Shown here piece by piece: positions 58,080 to 64,000 of a DNA stretch of 64,000 nt. The notes under the pieces were generated by a model that searched no databases, was not told where the DNA came from, and saw nothing but the letters and a program-made list of their open reading frames with translations. Positions within the stretch are counted from its first letter, which is position 1. Each line of letters opens with the position of its first letter. The stretch is from the NCBI GenBank assembly GCA_963643165.1, contig CAVIJD010000008.1, forward strand, positions 4,397 to 68,396, given 5' to 3'. A program made the translations under genes and the position numbers. The DNA comes from a bacterium. GTDB lineage: Bacteria; Bacteroidota; Bacteroidia; Bacteroidales; WCHB1-69.

Positions 58080-60656
58080 ATGGAAAATTTCAAGTATTCT
58101 GACGAGATGAACTACGCGATGGAAGAGGCCAGCAGAATCGCCGCTTACTATCGTTCCCCCTATATCGGCATCGAACACATCATGGTGGCCATCTTGCGTT
58201 ATCCGAACGAAAGCACCACCAAAAACCTGTTCGGCATATTCCGCATCGACAATGACGCATTCCGGACCAAACTCGAGAGCATCATTGACTCAGCCGAAAA
58301 CAAGACAGACACCCCTCCCGAAAAACTAAACTTCAACACACAGACCACCAACATCATACGATTGTCCTCGCTCATGTCGAAGGAATTCAGGAGTCCGGTC
58401 ATCGAATCCTACCACTTCATCTTGGCCATTCTCCGTGACGGGCGCAGCGACAGTTCGAACATCGTCAAGGCGTACCTCATCCGTTATGGTGTCTCCTACA
58501 CCACGTTCCTCAACGAGACAAAGAAAGAGTTGAACATGGAATCGGGGCGCACGGAGGCCATCTTCTCCTCGAATGACGAAGAAGACGAAGAGGACGACCG
58601 TCGATTCTCGGCCCGAGCCGGCAGAGAGGGCAGCAGAGGGTCAGCCACCCCGATGTTGGACAGTTTCGGCAAAGACCTCACCAAACTGGCGGCGGAGAAC
58701 AAACTCGACCCGGTTGTCGGGCGGCAGAAAGAGCTTGAGCGCATAGCCCAGATCCTGAGCCGGCGCAAGAAGAACAACCCTGTCCTTATCGGCGAGCCCG
58801 GCGTGGGAAAATCAGCCGTGGCGGAGGGACTGGCCATCAACATCGTGCAAGGGCACGTCTCCCGCACGTTGTTGCACAAACGTATCGTAGGCCTTGACAT
58901 GGCGTCGCTGGTGGCCGGCACCAAATACCGGGGGCAATTTGAGGAGCGTGTAAAGACCCTGCTGACCGAGATTGAGAAGAACCCCAACATCATCCTCTTC
59001 ATTGACGAATTGCACACGATGGTCGGGGCGGGCAACTCACCCGGCAGCATGGACGCGTCCAACTTGTTCAAGCCCGCCCTCGCGCGCGGCGAGATGCAGT
59101 GCATCGGCGCCACCACCCTCGACGAATACCGCGAATACATCGAAAAGGACGGGGCCTTGGAACGCCGTTTCCAGAAAATCATCCTCGAGCCCACCACCCC
59201 GGAAGAGACCGTCGAGATCCTGAACAACATCAAAGACAAATACGAAGAACACCATCTCGTGAAATACAGCGACGAGGCCATCAAAGCCTGCGTGTCACTG
59301 TCAAACCGCTATATCACAGACCGTTGCTTCCCCGACAAGGCCATCGACACCCTTGACGAGGCGGGTGCCCGTGTCCACATCCAGAACATACACATCCCTG
59401 ACGAACTGCTGCAGGTAGAGAAAGAGATCGCCGACTTTGAGAAATTGAAAATGGAGGCCATCAAGAGCCAGCAATACAATGCCGCCGCAGGCTACCGCGA
59501 CGAGATCAAGAAACTGGAACAGACACAGGAAAACATCAAGAAAGAATGGGAGAAAGAGGCGGACATGCAGCGTCCCACAGTCACCGAAGACACCGTGGCC
59601 GAAGTAGTGGCCATGATGACTGGCGTGCCCACGCAGCGCATCGCCCGCAACGAGAGCGAACGCCTCCTGAAGATGGCCGACGAACTGAAAGGGGCTGTCA
59701 TCGGGCAAGACAACGCCATCCTGAAGATTGCCAAGGCCATACGCCGCAACCGCGCCGGCCTCAAAGACCCGAACAAGCCCATCGGCACGTTCATCTTTCT
59801 GGGACCTACGGGCGTGGGCAAGACCTACCTCGCGAAAGTACTCGCCGAGTACCTTTTCGACTCGCAAGACGCCATCATCCGCATCGACATGAGCGAATAT
59901 ATGGAAAAACACACCGTCTCGCGGCTCATCGGCGCGCCTCCGGGATACGTGGGCTACGAAGAGGGCGGCCAACTTACCGAAAAAGTGCGCCGCAAACCCT
60001 ACTCCATCGTCCTGCTCGACGAAATAGAAAAAGCCCATCAGGATATTTACAACGTTCTACTGCAAGTACTTGACGAAGGGCAACTTACAGACGGCATAGG
60101 ACGCAAGGTGGACTTCCGGAACACCATCCTCATTATGACCTCCAACCTCGGTTCGCGCGAATTGAAAGACTACGGCACAGGCGTCGGCTTCAGCACCGAT
60201 GCCACCAAAGCGGCACAAGACAAAGTTGAACAAGGCATCTTGGAAAAAGCGCTGAAAGCGAACTTTTCGCCCGAGTTTCTCAACCGCATCGACGATGTCA
60301 TCTATTTCAACAGCCTCAGCAAAGACGACATACTCAAGATTGTGGACATAGAGCTCAAAAAAGTGCTGGCCAGAGTCAAAGACCTGGGCATTGACGTACA
60401 TTTCACAGACAAGGCGCGGCATTTTCTGGCCGACACAGGCTGGAATGTCCACTATGGCGCTCGCCCGCTGAAACGAGCCATCCAGAAAAACGTGGAAGAC
60501 CTGCTTGCCGAAGAAATCCTCAACCAGACCCTCCCCGAAGGTTCCGCCGTCGATATCGACTACAACGAAACAGAGGAGGCCCTGTTCATCGTGCCCCAAT
60601 CGAAAGCATTGCCCGAAAACCCTGAACAAGAGAAAACCACCGACACTACATTATAA
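58080..60656 (+). CDS. clpC: ATP-dependent Clp protease ATP-binding subunit ClpC
   Basis: LDPVVGRQKELERIAQILSRRKKNNPVLIGEPGVGKSAVAEGLA; UVR-like domain; GTFIFLGPTGVGKTYLAKVLAEYLF; 858 aa. Confidence 0.94.
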   Translation: MENFKYSDEMNYAMEEASRIAAYYRSPYIGIEHIMVAILRYPNESTTKNLFGIFRIDNDAFRTKLESIIDSAENKTDTPPEKLNFNTQTTNIIRLSSLMSKEFRSPVIESYHFILAILRDGRSDSSNIVKAYLIRYGVSYTTFLNETKKELNMESGRTEAIFSSNDEEDEEDDRRFSARAGREGSRGSATPMLDSFGKDLTKLAAENKLDPVVGRQKELERIAQILSRRKKNNPVLIGEPGVGKSAVAEGLAINIVQGHVSRTLLHKRIVGLDMASLVAGTKYRGQFEERVKTLLTEIEKNPNIILFIDELHTMVGAGNSPGSMDASNLFKPALARGEMQCIGATTLDEYREYIEKDGALERRFQKIILEPTTPEETVEILNNIKDKYEEHHLVKYSDEAIKACVSLSNRYITDRCFPDKAIDTLDEAGARVHIQNIHIPDELLQVEKEIADFEKLKMEAIKSQQYNAAAGYRDEIKKLEQTQENIKKEWEKEADMQRPTVTEDTVAEVVAMMTGVPTQRIARNESERLLKMADELKGAVIGQDNAILKIAKAIRRNRAGLKDPNKPIGTFIFLGPTGVGKTYLAKVLAEYLFDSQDAIIRIDMSEYMEKHTVSRLIGAPPGYVGYEEGGQLTEKVRRKPYSIVLLDEIEKAHQDIYNVLLQVLDEGQLTDGIGRKVDFRNTILIMTSNLGSRELKDYGTGVGFSTDATKAAQDKVEQGILEKALKANFSPEFLNRIDDVIYFNSLSKDDILKIVDIELKKVLARVKDLGIDVHFTDKARHFLADTGWNVHYGARPLKRAIQKNVEDLLAEEILNQTLPEGSAVDIDYNETEEALFIVPQSKALPENPEQEKTTDTTL

Positions 60657-60661
60657 TAATC

Positions 60662-61183
60662 ATGCCAAACTTCAGAGCAAAATTAGGCAGCATCAAAGCA
60701 TTCGTCTTCGACTTCGACGGTGTGCTGTCAGACGGGAAAGTATATGTGCAGCGCGACGGCGAGATGGTGCGCGCCACCAGCACCAAAGACGGCTACGCCT
60801 TGCAGTACGCCTTGAAAAAAGGCTATCGGGTGGCCATCATATCCGGAGGCTACGGCGACTCCATGCGGCTTCGCTACAACGACTTCCCGGGCATGGACAT
60901 CTTCCTGCATGTCAACAACAAAATCACGCTGTTCGACAACTATCTGAAAGAGCACGGACTGGAGCCTGAAAACGTGCTGGTGATGGGCGACGACATTCCC
61001 GACTACGAGATGATGCGGCGTGCCGGCATTTGCTGCTGCCCCGCCGACGCCGCCGAAGAAATCAAACACATTGCCGACTACATCTCCTTCCAGCCCGGCG
61101 GCTGCGGCTGCGTGAGGGATGTCATCGAACAAACACTCAAGGTTCAAGGCAAGTGGTTCCAAGAAGATGCTTTCATCTGGTAA
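60662..61183 (+). CDS. kdsC: KdsC-family HAD phosphatase (KDO-8-phosphate phosphatase)
   Basis: IKAFVFDFDGVLSDGKVYVQRDGEMVRATSTKDGYALQYALKKGYRVAIISGG; VLVMGDDIPDYEMMRRAG. Confidence 0.87.
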   Translation: MPNFRAKLGSIKAFVFDFDGVLSDGKVYVQRDGEMVRATSTKDGYALQYALKKGYRVAIISGGYGDSMRLRYNDFPGMDIFLHVNNKITLFDNYLKEHGLEPENVLVMGDDIPDYEMMRRAGICCCPADAAEEIKHIADYISFQPGGCGCVRDVIEQTLKVQGKWFQEDAFIW

Positions 61184-61195
61184 CCTGTTAACGAC

Positions 61196-62038
61196 ATGGG
61201 GTGTCTTTTCACCGGATTTTTCAGCGCAATAGGCTTCTGGGTCGGACTGTTTTCGAATGGTTTGGGCGGAGCCTTCCTCGGATTGTTCATCGGAGGCTGC
61301 ATCGACCTCATCATCAGTCGGACAAGTTTTCGCAAAAGAACCTACAGCGGCCGAGGCCAGTCGAGCCATTACAACGCCACCGACTTCATAGAACACGAAT
61401 TAGTGCTGGCGGCATACGTGGCAAAGTCAGACCACAACCGGCTGCTGCGTTCTGAACTGGAATACTTGCGCGACTTCCTGTCGCAGTATCTATCCCAAGA
61501 CAAGATTGGGGCCACCCTGCTCCACTTCCGCGACCTGCTTGACAGCGACACCGACATCAACGGCGTGTGTGACGACCTCAGGGCTCATGCGACCATTTCG
61601 GAAAAACTCATGATCCTGCAGTTCCTGTTCGGGTTCTCCCGCGCTGACGGGAACATGTGCGACGAAGAGGTGCAGGCCATACGGGACATCTCCGACTTGT
61701 GCGGCATCAGCAGAAGCAACTTTGAAGCTGTAAAGTCCATGTTTGCCGGCTACCGTTCCTATTACGACAGTGCCTATGGACAATCAACATTCGGAGGCTC
61801 AAGTAGTTACCAAAACTACCGCAACACCAGTTCCTTGGAAGACGACTACAAGATCCTGGAAATCTCGCCTGATGCCAGCGACAGTGACGTGAAAAAAGCC
61901 TACCGTGCCGCCGCCAAGAAGCACCACCCTGACAAAGTGGCCCACTTGGGCGAAGAGGTGCGCAAATCTGCCGAACTCAAGTTCGCTCAAGTCAACCAAG
62001 CTTACGAAAGAATCAAGAAAAGCCGGGGGATGAACTAG
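61196..62038 (+). CDS. TerB-DnaJ (DjlA-like) co-chaperone
   Basis: TerB-like region AAYVAKSDHNRLLRSELEYLRDFL...GFSRADGNMCDEEVQAI; C-terminal J domain DDYKILEISPDASDSDVKKAYRAAAKKHHPDK. Confidence 0.88.
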   Translation: MGCLFTGFFSAIGFWVGLFSNGLGGAFLGLFIGGCIDLIISRTSFRKRTYSGRGQSSHYNATDFIEHELVLAAYVAKSDHNRLLRSELEYLRDFLSQYLSQDKIGATLLHFRDLLDSDTDINGVCDDLRAHATISEKLMILQFLFGFSRADGNMCDEEVQAIRDISDLCGISRSNFEAVKSMFAGYRSYYDSAYGQSTFGGSSSYQNYRNTSSLEDDYKILEISPDASDSDVKKAYRAAAKKHHPDKVAHLGEEVRKSAELKFAQVNQAYERIKKSRGMN

Positions 62039-62070
62039 CCTCAACCTCCGGGAAAACCTTTTCTGCCCCT

Positions 62071-62101
62071 ATCGCTCCCACCTTGCGGGGGCGATTATTT
62101 T
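62071..62101 (+). terminator. Rho-independent terminator-like hairpin
   Basis: ATCGCTCCC-ACCTTGC-GGGGGCGAT followed by TATTTTAATTTA. Confidence 0.55.
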
Positions 62102-62143
62102 AATTTATTTTTTGCTTTTTGTTTGATTTATCAATATTTTTTA

Positions 62144-62151
62144 TATTTTTG
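62144..62151 (+). promoter_or_regulatory. -7 box (TATTTTTG)
   Basis: TAnnTTTG match about 85 bp upstream of the 62236 ATG. Confidence 0.45.
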
Positions 62152-62235
62152 CAACGTTAAAAAAACAGACGGGGGCAAACATCGTTACCGTAAAAACAAA
62201 ACAACAATTATTAACCATCTAAAAAACAAAACAGC

Positions 62236-63762
62236 ATGAAAAAAATCTTTCAGATTCTCCTTGTCGGCGGGATTTTGTCCGGCATTGTCGGGGTTCATCC
62301 GACAAAGGCGCAACAGATTGTCTATCAAGAGAATTTTGGCTTCCCTTCGGCCACCACATTAGTGCAGGACTTCAACGAATGGCAGAACGACAGCGTCCGT
62401 TACACGGGCAGCAGCACCTGCGACATCCGCATCACCAGTGCCTCAAGCGGTTATCCTTCGGCCTCGGCGGGCGGCAACGTCATGATCAACGACACCGTGA
62501 AGTGGTTCCAGGTATCAGGTCTCAACACAGAGGGGCTCACTGGCCTGTACCTTTACTGTGGGCTTCGCAAAACAACGGCCGAGAACGGGTCCAACTTGGT
62601 GGTTGAGGCCTCCGTTGACAGCATTTCATGGCAGCGTCTGCCGCTGATTGACTCCTTGCCAACGGGAACCGGCACCTCAGGGTGGCACCGGGTGCATTTT
62701 GGCAACGTGCCGGCATGCGCCAACCTGCACATCCGCTTCTCCAACCTTGCGACAGTCGATTACCGGATTGACGACCTCTGCCTAAGGATTGGGGAAGAAA
62801 CTGTGCTTCAAACGGTTGAAGAGCCCACCTTCACTCCGGGCGGCGGCACCTTCTATGCGTCGCAACAAGTTTCCATCCAAACCGCCACGGCCGGTGCGAC
62901 CATCTACTACACACTGGACGGCACAACGCCCTCCACCCGCTCCTTGGTCTATACGGCCCCTATCGCCGTCAGCAGAACAACTACCATCAAAGCCGTCGCC
63001 GCCAAAGACAGCATGAACGACAGCGAAACAGCCACGGCGCAGTATGTCATCCTCGACACCAACTCCTTGGTAGTATTGCCCTTTGACATTTCCAACAACA
63101 GCGAGTCGGGGCATACGGACATCACGCAGATGAGCGGTTTCAGGGCTTACCATTTAGGCAACTCTTACGCTGACGGCTCCGTGAAGTTCGAGTCCTCCAA
63201 CTCAGGTAAAGCCTCTTTGGTGGCTCATCTTGACAGTGCCCCTGACTCGCTCGTCTATTTTGTCGGCGGCAGGAAAGGCGGCAGCAACCCGTCAGCCTAC
63301 GAGGGCATCGCGTTCACCGTCAGCCAGTCGCCCGACGGCAACAACTGGACCGCTCTGGTCACTCACCGGGAGACGGAGATCCCGACGGGGTCGCTCACCG
63401 GCTTCAGCCATCGCCTGCGCAGCGACACCCGTTACATCCGCTGGAGACTGGACAACGCCGGCAAAGGCAACACCCTGCTCAACGACATCCGGATCACCAA
63501 GTCGGACGGCAGCGCCGTGACCGACCATGGCAGTTTCCCGCTCTGCATCTACCCCAACCCTTCGAACTACACCATCAACGTACACACCGGCAGAATGAAC
63601 GTCTCGTCCATTGAGCTGTACAACTTGTGCGGGCAGAAAGTGTTGACGGCCGCCACCACATCCAACCCGACCATCAACATCTATGCGCTGCCGCAAGGAA
63701 CCTACATCCTGAAAGTCGTCACAGACGGAGGCACATTCCAGCGAAAAGTGATAAAGTACTGA
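62236..63762 (+). CDS. Secreted protein with chitobiase/HEX C-terminal-like domain and T9SS type A sorting domain
   Basis: FTPGGGTFYASQQVSIQTATAGATIYYTLDGTTPSTRSLVYTAPI; C-terminus LCIYPNPSNYTINVHTGRMNVSSIELYNLCGQKV...LPQGTYILKVVTDGGTFQRKVIKY. Confidence 0.88.
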   Translation: MKKIFQILLVGGILSGIVGVHPTKAQQIVYQENFGFPSATTLVQDFNEWQNDSVRYTGSSTCDIRITSASSGYPSASAGGNVMINDTVKWFQVSGLNTEGLTGLYLYCGLRKTTAENGSNLVVEASVDSISWQRLPLIDSLPTGTGTSGWHRVHFGNVPACANLHIRFSNLATVDYRIDDLCLRIGEETVLQTVEEPTFTPGGGTFYASQQVSIQTATAGATIYYTLDGTTPSTRSLVYTAPIAVSRTTTIKAVAAKDSMNDSETATAQYVILDTNSLVVLPFDISNNSESGHTDITQMSGFRAYHLGNSYADGSVKFESSNSGKASLVAHLDSAPDSLVYFVGGRKGGSNPSAYEGIAFTVSQSPDGNNWTALVTHRETEIPTGSLTGFSHRLRSDTRYIRWRLDNAGKGNTLLNDIRITKSDGSAVTDHGSFPLCIYPNPSNYTINVHTGRMNVSSIELYNLCGQKVLTAATTSNPTINIYALPQGTYILKVVTDGGTFQRKVIKY

Positions 63763-63883
63763 TGCTCATGTCGTGAGGGCGCGTTGCAGCAGCGCCCCGC
63801 AGCTCAGGCCATAGTAGCGCAAACCGGCGACGATGCCTTGCAGCGCCCCTCACTTTTCTGTTGGCAGTTGATAATGATTTTTG

Positions 63884-63891
63884 TACTTTTG
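63884..63891 (+). promoter_or_regulatory. -7 box (TACTTTTG)
   Basis: TAnnTTTG match upstream of the 63917 ATG; same TTTTTGTACTTTTGCCGC context as before clpC. Confidence 0.45.
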
Positions 63892-63916
63892 CCGCCTAAT
63901 ACGGACAACAAAAGAT

Positions 63917-64000
63917 ATGAAAAACGCCCTGCCTTGTATCATCCTCTGCATCCTGACCGCCATTTCAGCCTCTTCATGCAGCAAAACAGAAAGAACCTAC
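63917..64000 (+). CDS. Lipoprotein N-terminus, truncated by window end
   Basis: MKNALPCIILCILTAISASSCSKTERTY; lipobox ASSC. Confidence 0.6.
   Translation, partial: MKNALPCIILCILTAISASSCSKTERTY

Noticed and set aside
58080-60656. ClpV / type VI secretion ATPase
   Set aside because: The sequence is ClpC-like (UVR-like middle domain) and no T6SS genes are nearby.

Overview
This 64 kb window has the coding style of a Bacteroidales/Bacteroidetes chromosome: TAnnTTTG-type -7 boxes, T9SS/gliding-type C-terminal domains, Omp28 and DUF3857 proteins. Core genes include pepD, a GH13 branching-enzyme-like gene, a Ca2+ P-type ATPase, a CusA/CzcA-type metal RND efflux operon, a histidine kinase, MoxR, SurA-like PPIases, rpmH (absent from the ORF track), an RluA-type pseudouridine synthase, coaD, a Sua5/YrdC gene, yqeY, lpxB, clpC, kdsC and a TerB-DnaJ protein. 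Four loci stand out. (1) 21.9-27.4 kb, minus strand: a tight five-gene operon encoding a 4-TM protein, a P-loop GTPase, a coiled-coil/TM protein, a retropepsin-like lipoprotein, and a coiled-coil/TM protein with a C-terminal FISUMP domain. This is the best candidate for an undescribed membrane-associated GTPase signalling or conflict system. (2) 42.9-45.9 kb: a minimal RiPP-like locus with an unannotated 39-aa Cys-containing precursor, a strong hairpin, an RRE-radical SAM-SPASM maturase, a small TM protein and an amidohydrolase. It is preceded by a 21-bp perfect inverted repeat enclosing a promoter-like -7 box, so it may be an invertible promoter. (3) 9.3-10.5 kb: a degraded PtuA/PtuB (Septu-like) ATPase + HNH pair. 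(4) A dispersed intergenic repeat family (degenerate GAATGTA-like heptamers, a TCCTCGAAGAGGGCCAACATC core and other modules) that brackets accessory loci 1 and 2. All homology statements come from reading motifs; no database search was run.
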